DNA of 47,166 nucleotides, from positions 1-47,166 of the forward strand of contig NW_021835722.1 in assembly GCF_006345805.1 (NCBI RefSeq), written 5' to 3'. A program made the translations under genes and the position numbers. Positions 13,008-26,300 of this stretch are shown piece after piece. The notes beneath the pieces are model-generated. The model worked only from the letters and a program-made list of their open reading frames with translations. It had not been told where the DNA came from and did no database searches. This DNA comes from Octopus sinensis (lineage: Eukaryota). Numbering within the stretch: the stretch's first letter is position 1; every line of letters begins with the position of its first letter.

Positions 13008-13766
13008 TTCTAGAACATTCGGCACATTAAATACATACGCGTGCATCTACACACGTATATATTCATATATTGAGTGTTGTAGCTCTTAACAATCGTGGTG
13101 CATGTGTTATTTCATTTCTAAGTTTTGTATTATATCTGAGGGCTGCTACTTGGATAGCGCGATGGCTTTGCGTGTTTCGGTCGTATAATCATTATTGCAC
13201 AATGAAAATATTTTATAAGCAGTTATTACAGTATCACATATAATTATTATCCTCCATAGCATTTCTAGTGGTATATCATCTGTTAAATCTAGCATCGTCT
13301 ATATAAAAAAAAAATTCTGTTTCCTTTGGATAGGTCCTGGAATGGTGCTGTGTGTTTATCTTGTTCAAGGTCCCAATCTTAGTAGTAATTTTCTGCATCT
13401 CGAATTCGTGATAATCTTGCTTAAATATTGTTCCCCTTGTTAAGCATTTTCCACGTAATAGATATGTAATTATTCTCCTGAAGTTGCACCATCAAAAGGG
13501 AGTAAGCTTGTTCCGGTGCATTTGAAACATGTAATGATTATGTACCTGCTCTGATGCATATTCGTCCTGGAATTGATATGCATATGTTCCGGTCGATTTA
13601 AATGCGATTGTTGAAGCTCTCTACAGTGTAATATGATGCTGAATTTGATTTCTATATGGTGTTTTCTATAATTATTCCTTGTCCATATATTTTCTGCTCT
13701 TCGGGTTTAAAAATTGGGTCAGTTGTTCTCGGATGAGTAGTATTTAATACGCTATACTAATAAGTT

Positions 13767-13991
13767 GAGCTGGGCGAAACGTTAGCACGCCGGGCGAAAT
13801 GTGTAGCCGTATTTCGTCTGTCGCTACCTTCCGAGTTCAAATTCTGCCGAGGTCGACTTTGCCTTTCTTCCTTTCCGGGTCGATAAATTAAGTACCAGTT
13901 ACGCACTGAGGTCGATGTAATCGACTTAATCCCTTTGTCTGGCCTTGTTTGTCCCCTCTGTGTTTAGCCCCTTCTGGGTAGTAAAGAAATA
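13767..13991 (+). mobile_element. SINE-B with target-site duplication
   Basis: Flanking direct repeat TATACTAATAAGTTGAGCT at 13753-13771 and 13992-14010; B-box-like gagttcaaatt; central gtcgactttgcctttc...cctttccgggtcgataaattaagtacc. Confidence 0.9.
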
Positions 13992-14023
13992 TATACTAAT
14001 AAGTTGAGCTTACTATTGAATCT

Positions 14024-14356
14024 GTGAAGGCGCATAGCTCACTAGTTAGAGCATCGAGCTTACGATCGTGAGGTTGTGAGTTCGAATCCCAGACCGGGCT
14101 GCATGTTGTGTTCTTGAGAAAGACACTTTATTTCACGTTGCTCCAGTTCACTCAGCTGCAGAAATGAGTTGCGACGTCACAGGTGCCAAGATCTATCGGC
14201 CTTTGCATTTCTCTTGAAGAACACTGGTGGCGTGGAGAGACGAGGCCTGTGTGCATGGACGACTGCTGGTCTTCCATAAACCACCTTGCTCGGAGGTGAG
14301 CTTTCTAGGTGCAATCCAATGCTTATTCATGATCGAAGGGGGTCTCTACATGTCTC
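14024..14356 (+). mobile_element. SINE-C, full-length tRNA-derived SINE
   Basis: A-box tagctcactagttagagc, B-box gagttcgaatccc, TSD TACTATTG(A/G)ATCT at 14011-14023 and 14357-14369. Confidence 0.9.
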
Positions 14357-14962
14357 TACTATTGGATCTAGATATAGTCTGAAAGACACTCTTATATACT
14401 TCACCGTGTTTTTTATGAGCCCTTACCTATTTATTGTTGCTGGTGTTTGAATGCACTTACTTTTAGAACTACACAGATGCAGGTGTTTGTTAAACATTTC
14501 TTTTAAGAATTTCTTTATATTTTCCGGTTTCCGGAATTGGATTCATCATGTTGGTTGTTTGACATTTAAACGCTAAATAGAAAAATATCACTAAAGATTT
14601 CTCATCGAGTAATGTACAATGCTCCATATTTGAAACGAGGTGATACATTCAGCTGAATATTAAGTATATCTTTATAATTACCAGTCTAAGAACAACATAA
14701 CAAGCGTAAAATAGCAAAAAGCATATACATGGGTATTTGAAATTAAGGTTGAGATTGGTGCAATGTTGAGAGACGACGAATCACAGCTTTCTATTTTGTA
14801 ATCTGGCCTGTGTAACTGTAACGATCTTTATTCTTTTTTAATGTAAAGTGTTATTGCTTAACAGTTGTCCGTGTTATTAATAGACCACTGTAATGGGAGG
14901 ATTGTTAGAAGTACAGGAAGGGTTTTAAAATATTTGTTAAATAAATGCTGTAAATATGGTGT

Positions 14963-15019
<57 letters not shown>

Positions 15020-15489
15020 CATAAACACATCCGTGTAGACATAGAGAAACCGTGTATGATCAAAATATGTTTATAAATTTATGCTACTTTGAGACAATGG
15101 CTCTTTAAATCATACACTATCTTTCTCCCAGGAACTCATGTCCTATTTTTTTGTCAATTCATATTCCGAATAGAATTATGACAATAAATAATACATATTC
15201 ATATTGTTCCTCATATTTTACGAAGAAAAAGAACAATTATCACAAAGACAATCTTTGTAAACAATTGTTATTTAATAATGATTTTCTTTCATTTTAGAGA
15301 CATCTGGCATTTTCATATTTCATCTACATATTTTGAAATGTTAAACGTCAAATTCGTGAAATTCCATTTATACTTACACTTAACTTTACATAAATCTTTA
15401 AAAATATCTGAGATGAAATTTCGCAAAGAAGTTGAAAAACCAATCTTTTATCAGCAATTACGACAGCGAATATTCTTTTCTTTTTTACT

Positions 15490-15757
15490 GTGTGCACATA
15501 GACCGAAATTCTGGGGGAGGGGGCCAGTCGATTAGATCGACCGCAGTACGCAACGGGTATGCAATTTATCGACCCCAAAATGATGAAAGGCAAAGTCGAC
15601 CTCGGCGAAATTTGAACTCAGAACGTAGCGGCAAACGAAATACCTATTTCTTTACTACCCACAAGGGGCTAAACACAGAGGGGACAAACAAGGACAGACA
15701 AACGGATTAAGTCGATTAGATCGACCCCAGTGCGTAACTAGTACTTAATTTATCGAC
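15490..15757 (-). mobile_element. SINE-B dimer fragment (two monomers with different tails)
   Basis: Reverse complement aligns to 35290-35520; the second monomer ends with the 17890-17930-type tail. Confidence 0.85.
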
Positions 15758-15912
15758 GAAGAAAAAGAAGGGATACTGGACAACACGTCGGGAAAAACTA
15801 ATACTTCTCACTATGTATATTTATATAACGCTATGATCTTGATGGACATATTTGGCGGAATATAGGATGGAATGAATAATAACAGTGTAAATTATATAAA
15901 TATAATTTTATA

Positions 15913-16675
15913 TTTAAAGTATAATAGCCATCTCAATATTGCTAACAACAATGGGTGGGTGTTACTGTAGCTTTTAGCCCCAGGAATTCATCGTCTCCGG
16001 CTGGCTTTAGGCACACTATCTGCGCTCTTATGGTATTTGCAAAGGGAGGTCATCCCTTTCTCGTAAGCCTACGTGATACGCACGGACTTCAGTTCGAGGT
16101 AGTTGCTTCTTGTCAACGGGCGGTAATCACCGGTTTACGATGAAAAGGAAGACCTTGTATGCAAATACTTATGTGTTATTCTAGTAATTTTGCAAATACG
16201 ATAAGGGCACAGATAGTGTGCCTAAAGCCAGCTGGAGACGATGATCTCCTGGGGCTAAAAGCTACAGTAACACCCACCCTTTTTGGTTAGCCATATTGAA
16301 ATGGCTATTATACTTTACATTGTCGAGCGGTTACTGTTTACATCTCGTTCAGAGATTTATTATTGCTTGCAGACAGTTTTTCGAAATCAGTGACGGAAGT
16401 TACTAGAAAAACACTTAAGTATTTACATACAAGGTCTTCCTTTACATCGTAAACCGGTGATTACCGCCCGTTGACAAGAAGCAACAACCTCGAAACTGTG
16501 GTCCGTGCGTATCACTTAGGCTTACGTGAGAGGGATGACCTCCCTTTGCAAATACCATAAGGGCACAGAAAGTGTACCTAAAGCCAGCTGGAGACGATGA
16601 TCTCCTGGGGCTAAAAGTTGCAGTAACACCCACCCTTTGTGGTTAGCCATATTGAGATGGCTATTATATTTTACA
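15913..16675. mobile_element. Long-TIR foldback/MITE-like DNA element with three arms
   Basis: 15913-16187 is inverted at 16400-16675 (~275 bp) and again at 16188-16319 (~130 bp). Ends are ...TTTACA, and ATTTTATA flanks both sides (15905-15912, 16676-16683). Confidence 0.85.
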
Positions 16676-17312
16676 ATTTTATATTTATTATCCCTATATT
16701 ATTTGTAAATAATCTAATGAATATGTTGCTTGTCATTACTTTGTTTTACAGCCTGTCTAATATTATTATACTATTTGAATAAATTGCGTCAATCCCAGTT
16801 TCATTTGCAATATGTTGCCTGTGTCCAGGTGTCATGAGAATTTCTTCGTGATCATTAAGAACACTAGAAGATAATTCGTCTTCAAATATGTTTTGGATTT
16901 TGAGTATACTTCCACAACAATTTTGACATAGATATGAGTGACGAAACAGGTATGTATAAGACAGATCATTTATAATTCATTTCCTAAACATTATACTTAA
17001 TTGGAACATTCGAGGTATTAAAATAGGAATGTCATTGTAAAATCTGTCACGTAGCAATCATTAACAAGGCTGTAGATAACAAAGAAGTCGTTAAATATCC
17101 GTATATAAATACAACCAAAAGTACATTCTATTTATCATCCCATATACTTCAATATTTCATATGCTGCATAATTATAGTATACGAAGTTAATAGAATTAAT
17201 AAGACATTCGGAGAAAAGCGTTATTAAAACATTCAGAGAAAAGCATTATTAAAACATTCAGAGAAAAGCATGGACACACACAAGCACATAAGAATATATA
17301 GTTATTAAGATA

Positions 17313-17711
17313 TCTTTATATATAAAAGTAAGTTTGGGTGCTGTTTGTCTCCTACGATTTAAATTCCTAACTACTCCCAGATTTTGCGGTGCAGTGTATC
17401 CAAAAGCGGGTATCTTATAGTCGTGATACATATCGAGCCCTTCTGGGTATTAGCGTGCGTCTACGATGAGTCTACGATTTAAAAAAAAATTACCATCATT
17501 TTTTTCCATTTTAATGCATTTTTTTCGCTATTATATAAGGGAAGTAACTCTCTAAAAATGTCTACGATGAGTCAACGATTTAAAAAAAAATTACCATCAT
17601 TTTTTTCTATTTTTAATGCATTTTTTTCCTATTTTTTGGCTATAACTCTCTAAAAATGCTCATATAGTTATTTCCCTTACAAACCCGAGCAACGCCGGGC
17701 GATACTGGTAG
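17313..17711 (+). mobile_element. Non-autonomous Helitron with internal ~100-bp tandem duplication
   Basis: A|TC start, same 3' hairpin, GTAG|T end (variant of CTAG); tctacgatgagtc...ctctaaaaatg is repeated at ~17460 and ~17560. Confidence 0.85.
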
Positions 17712-17723
17712 TTTACATATAAA

Positions 17724-17937
17724 AAGGCAGCGAGCTGGGCAGAATCTCTAACACGCCGGGCGAAATGCTAAGCGGTATTTTGTCTCCCGTTACGTTCTAA
17801 GTTCAAATTCCGCCGAGGTCAACTTTACCATTCATCCTTTCGGGGTCGATAAATTGAGAACCAGTTACGTATTGCGGTCGATCTGATCGACTGCCCCCTT
17901 CCCTAAAATTCGGGCCTTGTGCCTAGAGTAGAAGAGA
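17724..17937 (+). mobile_element. SINE-B monomer, alternative tail
   Basis: aggcagcgagctgggcagaa head; tail ccccttccctaaaattcgggccttgtgcctagagtagaa. Confidence 0.85.
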
Positions 17938-18015
17938 CTATTTACATACATATAGCAGGTATATACACACATATATACATACATATGTTGATATATATAT
18001 ATATATATATATATA

Positions 18016-18388
18016 TACTCTTTTACTTGTTTCAGTCATTTGACTGCGGCCATGCTGGAGCACCGCCTTTAGTCGGGCAAATCGACCCTGGGACTTATTC
18101 TTTGTAACCCCAGTACTTATTCTATCGGTCCCTTTTGCCGAACCGCTAAGTGACGGGGACATAAACACACCAGCATCGGTTGTCAAGCAATGCTAGAGGG
18201 ACAAACATATACATACACACATATATACGACAGGCTTCTTTCAGTTTCCGTCTACCAAATCCACTCACAAGGCATTGGTCGGCCCGGGGCTATAGCAGAA
18301 AACACTTGCCCAAGATGCCACGCAGTGGGACTGAAACCAGAACCATGTGGTTGGTAGGCAAGCTGCTCACCACATAGCCACTCCTGCA
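18016..18388 (-). mobile_element. SINE-A, full length
   Basis: tRNA-like head gcaggagtggctatgtggtg...; tail gactgaaacaagtaaaagagta. Confidence 0.9.
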
Positions 18389-18674
18389 TATATATATATA
18401 TATTGAGGTCTCTTTCTTTCTTTTGTTATCTTACCGTTTTATCAATATATATATATACATATATATTTATATATTTACTCATGATTATGCATGTGATTGG
18501 GTATGTATGTATATACAAACTTTTAAAATTATGTGTATAATTATAATGAGGTTTCAGCAAAAATTTTTCCCCACCACATACCGAAATTAAGAAATAGCAG
18601 TTAAAGCTAGGCATTTCTCAACAACCAACGAAATAGAAGAGAAAAGATAACGAATCCACCCGGCTTTGATTAAT

Positions 18675-18752
18675 TGTAGACGCGTTTAGTAGTTAGATAG
18701 ATGTGAAATGTAACCACCACATTTCCACTCTATCATTCTCACTCTTCAGTAT
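18675..18752 (-). ncRNA. Decayed hammerhead motif with long stem II in a Penelope-like terminus (~18403-18752)
   Basis: CUGAAGA-GUGAG...GAUAGAGUGGAAAUGU/ACAUUUCACAUCUAUC...CUAC-UAAA-CGCG-UC. GAAA reads UAAA, and the 5' strand of stem I is cut by the SINE-A copy at 18756. Confidence 0.5.
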
Positions 18753-18755
18753 ACT

Positions 18756-18979
18756 TTTTCTCTTTACTCTTTTACTTGTTTCAGTCATTTGACTGCGGCC
18801 ATGCTGGAGCACCGCCTTTAGTCGAGCAAATCGACCCCGGAACTTATCCTTTTGTAAGCCCAGTACTTATTCTATCGGTCTCTTTTGCCGAACCGCTAAT
18901 GAACGGGGACACAAAAACACACCACCATTGGCTGTCAAGCAATGCTAGGGGGACAAACACAGAGACACAAACACACACA

Positions 18980-19017
<38 letters not shown>

Positions 19018-19184
19018 TGCGACGGGCTTCTTTCAGTTTCCGTCTACCAAATCCACTTACAAGGCTTTGGTCGGCCCGAGGCTATAGTAGAAGACACTTT
19101 GCCCAAGGTGCCACGCAGTGTGACTGAACCCGGAACCATGTGGTTGGTAAACAAGCTACTCACCACACAGCCACTCCTGCGCCT
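18756..19184 (-). mobile_element. SINE-A, full length
   Basis: Head aggcgcaggagtggctgtgtgg, internal (TA)n, (AAGAGTA)n tail. Confidence 0.9.
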
Positions 19185-19371
19185 ATAGTAATTCAAGATT
19201 TTAAATTTGAGAGCACTGTAAAAAATTAAACGTACTTATCTGATCAAGCATTATCAGACATCATACATCTACCAAAACTACTTTCGAATTCAAAAAGACG
19301 AATGAAACCTCGTATTCATCCTCACTTACCTACGTGTGCTCATGAGTAAAATGTTACAGATTTACATATAC

Positions 19372-20135
19372 AGGCGCAGGAGTGGCTGTGGTAAGTAGCG
19401 GGCGCATTCCTAAGGGAAGTGTAAGCCAGGTCTGGGAGGAGGGGCTTTGTGTATTTTATTTATATCATATGTAACTATTAAACTATGTTGTTGTTAGTAA
19501 TGGACTGTTAAGTCCAAAAATTGAAAAGTTGTAAAATTGTAAGAGGTTTAATACCTCGTTTTGTGTTTGTTTTCAAAAGAACAATGTTTTAGAGAAGCAG
19601 AAGTCGGCGGGCGCTTTTTGTCTTCTCCCATCCCCATCATCTTTCTTTCAGTATCATTCATTTCATTAATGTCCTCGTCCAGCCCGCAAAGCTAACTTAC
19701 TCTATGTACTGCCTTTATGGCAAATGTTATGAAATAAAGTAGCTTGATTACCAACCACATGGTTCCGGGCTCAGTCCCACTGCGTGGCACCTTGGGCTAG
19801 TGTCTTCTACTATAGCCTCGGGCCGACCAAAGCCTTGTGAGTGGATTTGGTAGACGGAAACTGAAAGAAGCCCGTCGTATATATGCATATGTATATATAT
19901 ATATATATGTGTGTGCGTGTATGTTTGTGTGTCTGTGTTTGTCCCGCTAGCATTGCTTGACAACCGATGCTGGTGTGTTTATGTCCCCCGTCACCTAGCG
20001 GTTCGGCAAAAGAGACCGATAGAATAATTACTGGGCTTAAAAAGAATAAGTCCCGGGGTCGAGTTGCTCGATTAAAAGGCGGTGCTCCAGCATGGCCGCA
20101 GTCAAATGAATGAAACAAGTAAAACAGAGAGAGTA
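19372..20135 (+). mobile_element. SINE-A interrupted by a 337-bp insertion
   Basis: Head 19372-19399 resumes at 19737 after a duplicated AAGTAGC. Confidence 0.9.
19400..19736 (+). mobile_element. Unidentified insertion, probably a 5'-truncated LINE 3' UTR
   Basis: 7-bp TSD AAGTAGC (19393-19399, 19737-19743); ends in GAAATAAA; no ORF or TIR. Confidence 0.6.
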
Positions 20136-20263
20136 AAATATGACACCGCAGTGTATATAATTGCCTTCTCTCCAAGTGGTGTATGAATATTTGATATTGT
20201 TTTAGAGTCAAGCTTTGACTGTTATATAGCATGAAGGTATATTTTAGAAACCCTAATTATATA

Positions 20264-20296
<33 letters not shown>

Positions 20297-21160
20297 GTAC
20301 ATACAAATACACAAATTTATATTTCTTTGTAATGTTGCACATCGTTATACATATGAAAGCATGTGAATGCATATATATTACTTCTTTTCTTTAATGTTCG
20401 TAGACTGAGGGTAAAGTGAGATATAGAAATCATTTACTAATTATTTTATGTTGGGAAGCAGGTGTTTCCATTCCATTATTTCACTTAAATCCGCAATATT
20501 TCCTCTTTGCAAGCAATAATTTTCGTTTAGCTAGTGCTTTTCGTAGTTTATATAGTTAACATATGTACAATATATACATGTGTGTGTGAGTGTGAATTTG
20601 TAAGTGTTTGTGTGTGCGTGTGAATTTGTGTGTGTGCGTGTGTGTGTGTGTTTGTTATTCAAGTATACTTAGGAATAAAACCTACTTAAAGAAATATTTT
20701 ATCAAAAGTATTTCCGAAGTGTACTGCCGAATATATTACTGATGAAGATAAATAATGGAGCAGACAGAACAGAATATGTAGCTATGTTACAATCTAAACA
20801 TTGGGTCTAAAATTATATTGGGAACTAATTGAAATTTCCTACAGATTCTATCGTTAGATAATTGGAGTTTTCTAGAAATAGTACAAAGAGTTTACACACC
20901 TTAAATTAATTAAGATGTGTACTAAGTACTATATATGATCATTATGCAGATGTAATCCAAATGTTGGATTTTGGTTTGTGTCAAAGTGCATGTTGGTAGA
21001 ACGATCTTCATCAATACAAAGTTGGTATTTGAATGTTCTATGCATTGTTACTATTTAGGAGTTTTTCTTTTATGGTATTTCATTAGTCGAAATTCATTAG
21101 TTTAAAGTTTGTTCCGTACAAAATACTTAGGTACTATTTGAGAAAGTTTGAATCAAAAGT

Positions 21161-21390
21161 GTTGCATTTAAAATAAAACTGGATTTCTTCCTGTCAGGTG
21201 TCCCAGATGAACCAACTTCATGGCAGGAGGTGCAGATGAGGGCAGCTGCATCGAACTCTGATGCACCAAATGGAAATTGCTAATAAGCATTCGTGAAGTA
21301 AAATCATGTAGCAACACCAAATGGCGGTGCCCCAGCATGGCCACAGCTCGTGAGCTGAAACTAGATAAAATAAAATTAAAAAATAAAATA
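21161..21390 (+). mobile_element. CR1-type LINE 3' end
   Basis: Translates AFKIKLDFFLSGVPDEPTSWQEVQMRAAASNS (FKxxLDxFL...PDEP...SNS is a CR1-group ORF2 C-terminus), followed by a short UTR and a (TAAAA)n tail. Confidence 0.8.
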
Positions 21391-22168
21391 ACCGAGGCCA
21401 GCGGTTGATTTATCTTCCAAAACTACCAGATGTGCACTGTTGCACTGTTGTACCCAGTTCATGTTGTAGCCCACCTTTGTCATCGACTCCTTATTCTGGA
21501 AGGCTATTTTTCAATAAAACAAACAGTATTACAGATCCATGTTCAGATCTATGTTTACAGATTCACGTTCAGTCCCTTCTTTCTAACTCCTTCTGGCAGC
21601 CTTTGTGTGGTTCAATATAATGTCTGCCATTCACGGTTCACTTATATTCGAGAGAATGAAAGACTTTAACGTCATTCCAAAAAATTCACTCAGTTTGTAT
21701 GCCGAATGTTAAATGTTAATTTCTTAGTAATTAGATATTAATTTCTTAGAACTTAAAAGTTAATTTCTGATATGTCTAACTTATCACGGCAGATTTCTCT
21801 GAGTCTCTCTTACAAAGTAAGTGTTAAATTCAGGAACACTATCTTGCCTCAATGTCTAAAAATCCAATATTTTCCCAGGGTCTTCGCGACGACATTCCAG
21901 CTGTGTAACAATGGATTGTAATTGAGTCTTTCATGTGAATTTAATCATACACTTCCTATGTCGACTGGCATCAGGAGTCGTAGATGAAAACCCCAAACCG
22001 TGGTTAATCATCAAACTACTTCTCTTCTTGAAATTCCTTTAACCATTTATGCACATTGACATCATCACTGACGCCAAATATGTCATTTTCGTAAACAGCT
22101 CTGAACCTTCTGAAGATACCGAAGATTGCACTTTGCAGACATCGAGAACAACGTCACGACACAACGAT

Positions 22169-22237
22169 CCAGATAGATTCTATTATTTGCCTAAAGTGAA
22201 GAAAGACGAGAAAGCTTCCTATAGGGGAAATCTCAGT
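22169..22237 (+). pseudogene. Possible Penelope-like RT fragment
   Basis: PDRFYYLPKVKKDEKASYRGNLS resembles the PLE motif PxFYxLPKxHK...RPIVS. Confidence 0.4.
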
Positions 22238-22291
22238 TTAACAACTCTGTGGAATTGAAAACACCTATGTTGCGAAGTAACAAAGCTATCT

Positions 22292-22693
22292 CATTCGGTT
22301 GTACAAATTCTCTGCGCGGGAAACCTTCCCTGTGTGGCGTGTTTCCCGATTTTGTAGAATTTGCTTTCGGGCTTTCTTAGCCATTTTCTGTTTTGGGCAT
22401 GGCGTCTTCAAGCCATGAAGTCGTCGTTGAAAAGAAGGCTGGTCTCCTTGACAACGCTTTACGAAGTTGATTTCTTTACACTCCCTTCCCCACAGCTTCA
22501 CGAGGGAGGGAAGAAGGGGTAGAAGCAACACAGGTGCAGGTGCGAGCATCGACGCCAACTCCGTCGCCATGGACACACGAAAAATTTGGAAGAACCCAGA
22601 CGAGAGCTTCACAGTCATATACTACTACGGACCCCTCTGCCACAAACACCACCAGCACCACTACAACTACCACCATGACCATCACTACCACCA
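22292..22693 (-). repeat. Dispersed ~400-bp module, inverted copy of 30717-31110 (Helitron-associated)
   Basis: Almost the same KLWGRxCKEIN.VKRCQGDQPSFQ frame appears in ORFs 22286..22618 (-) and 30899..31114 (+). Confidence 0.85.
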
Positions 22694-22980
22694 TATATAT
22701 ACCACAATATATACAACGCATGGTCGTTGAAATGCTTTCTCATATTCCTTCCTACAACAGATATTGTATTAAAAACAAATAAGAATTATTTCAGACATCT
22801 TAAGCTTACACGTGGTACATAACCTTTATAGAAATAGCTGAGCTGAAATCCACAGGAGAAAAAATCACTAAATAATCACAATAAATTGTATATATTGTTT
22901 CAAGTAAAGTACAAAGAATGTTATTAACTGCAATTCATGACAAACGATTTTCCACTTCAGCACCGGAAAATACCACTTAC

Positions 22981-23144
22981 ACCACCAAGTACGTTTGTGA
23001 TGAAAGACTTTTAGTTTGGTTAAGGAAGAATGAATAATGGTAAGAAAGTAGTAATAATATCTTCGTTTCGAACAATATTCTACTTCGTATCATCGTTGAT
23101 GGTATGAGTAGATTGGCTTGTAAATGTCGATTTGTAACATCCAT
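22981..23144 (-). CDS. Candidate first coding exon with signal-peptide-like sequence
   Basis: acaATGG start; MDVTNRHLQANLLIPSTMIRSRILFETKILLLLSYHYSFFLNQTKSLSSQTYLV; donor GT|GTAAGT, phase 2; unique sequence. No downstream exon identified. Confidence 0.35.
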
Positions 23145-23359
23145 TGTTGCTCTGCACGATAGATGTCTCCCTCGTAAGATATTATTATCTCGTAAGAGTA
23201 AACATCGAAGCAGATACACACGCACACACACAAGCATGCACACAGGCACGCACACACACGTATAGCACACACACACACGTATTCACTGACGCACACATAT
23301 GTGTGTATGTTTGTATGCATTTGTGTGTATGTATCTATTTACGTATCTACCCCTCTTAT

Positions 23360-23363
23360 CTCC

Positions 23364-23394
<31 letters not shown>

Positions 23395-26300
23395 TAAACA
23401 CACATACATACACATGAATGTATATATATGTATATATATATATACACATATATATTTATGTATATATTCATACAATATATATAATATATATCCATACAAT
23501 ATATATATATATATATATCCATATATATATATATATATATATCCATATATATATATATATATATATCCATATATAATATATATATCCATATATATATATA
23601 TATATATATCCATATAATATATATATTATATCCATATATACATATATCCATACATATATATCCATACATACATATATATACATATATATCCATACATACA
23701 TATATATACATATATATCCATACATACATTATATACAATATCCATACATACATATATATACATATATCCAACATACATATATATACATATCCATACATAC
23801 ATATATATACATATATCCATACATATATATATATATACATATATCCATACATATATATATATATACATATATCCATACATATATATATATATACATATAT
23901 CCATACATATATATATATACATATATCCATACATATATATATATACATATATCCATACAATATATATATATATACATTAATCCATACATATAATATATAC
24001 ATATATCAATACATATATATATATACATATATCCATACTATATATAAATATATCCATACATATATATATAACATATATCCATACATATATATATATACAT
24101 ATATCCATACATATATATAATAATATATCCATACATATATATATATACATATATCCATACATATATATATATACATATATCCATACATATATATATATAC
24201 ATATATCCATACATATATATATATATACATATATCCATACATATATATATATATACATATATCCATACATATATATATACATAATCCATACATATATATA
24301 TATACATATATCCATACATATATATATATACATATATCCATACATATATATATATACATATATCCATACATATATATATATACATATATCCATACATATG
24401 TATATATACATATATCCATACATATGTATATATACATATATCCATACATATATATATATACATATATCCATACATATATATATATATACATATATCCATA
24501 CATATATATATATACATATATCCATACATATATATATATACATATATCCATACATATATATATATACATATATCCATACATATATATATATACATATATA
24601 CATATATATATCCATATATATTTACACATATATATATATCCATATCCATATATCCATATCCATATATACATATATATATTTATCCATATATACATATATA
24701 TATTTATCCATATATACATATATATATTTATCCATATATACATATATATATTTATCCATATATACATATATATATTTATCCATATATACATATACATATC
24801 TACATATACATATCTACATATACATATCTACATATACATATCTACATATACATATCTACATATACATATCTACATATACATATCTACATATACATATCTA
24901 CATATACATATCTACATATACATATCTACATATACATATCTACATATACATATCTACATATACATATCTACATATACATATCTACATATACATATCTACA
25001 TATACATATCTACATATACATATCTACATATACATATCTACATATACATATCTACATATACATATCTACATATACATATCTACATACATATCTACATATA
25101 TATCCATATATACACATACATATATATTCATATATACATATACATATATATCCATATATATACATATATATATATCCATATATCCATATATACATATCCA
25201 TATATACATATTCATATTCCATATATATATAATATATATCCATATATACATATAATCCATATATATATATATATATATATCCATATATATATATATCCAT
25301 ATAATATATATATATCCATATATATATATATATCCATATATATATTCATACATATATATATATATATCCATATATATATTCATACATATATATATATATC
25401 CATATAATATATTCATAAATATATATATATTATCCTATATATATTCATACATATATATATATATATACATATATATATCATACATATATATATATATCCA
25501 TATATATATTCATACATATATATATATATCCATATATATATTCATACATATATATATATATCCATATATATATCATACATATATATATATATCCATATAT
25601 ATATTCATACATATATATATAATCCATATATATATTCATACATATATATATATATCCATATATATATTCATACATATATATATATCCATATATATATTCA
25701 TACATATATATATATCCATATATATATTCATACATATATATATATATCCATATATATATTCATACATATATATATATATCCATATATATATTCATACATA
25801 TATATATATATATCCATTATATATTCATACATATATATATATATCCATATATATATTCATACATATATATATACCATATATATATTCATACATATATATA
25901 TATCATATATATATTCATACATATATATATATCCATATATATATTCATATATATATTCATACATATATATATATATCCATATATATATTCATACATATAT
26001 ATATATATCCATATATATATTCATACATATATATATATATCCATATATATATTCATACATATATATATATATCCATATATATATTCATACATAATATATA
26101 TATATCCATATATATATTAAACATATATATATATATATCCATATATATTCATACATATATATATATATCCATATATATATTCTACATATATATATATCTA
26201 TCCATATATATATTCATACATATATATATATCCATATATATATTCATACATATATATATATCCATATATATATATTCATACATATATATATATATCCATA

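Noticed and set aside
13130-13740. Possible decayed Penelope endonuclease region on the minus strand, similarly 21400-22040
   Set aside because: Only faint motif echoes; not supportable without a profile search.
22286-22618. Recurring ORF KLWGRECKEINFVKRCQGDQPSF in three copies
   Set aside because: Conservation reflects repeat copy identity; frames diverge between copies and no domain is recognisable.
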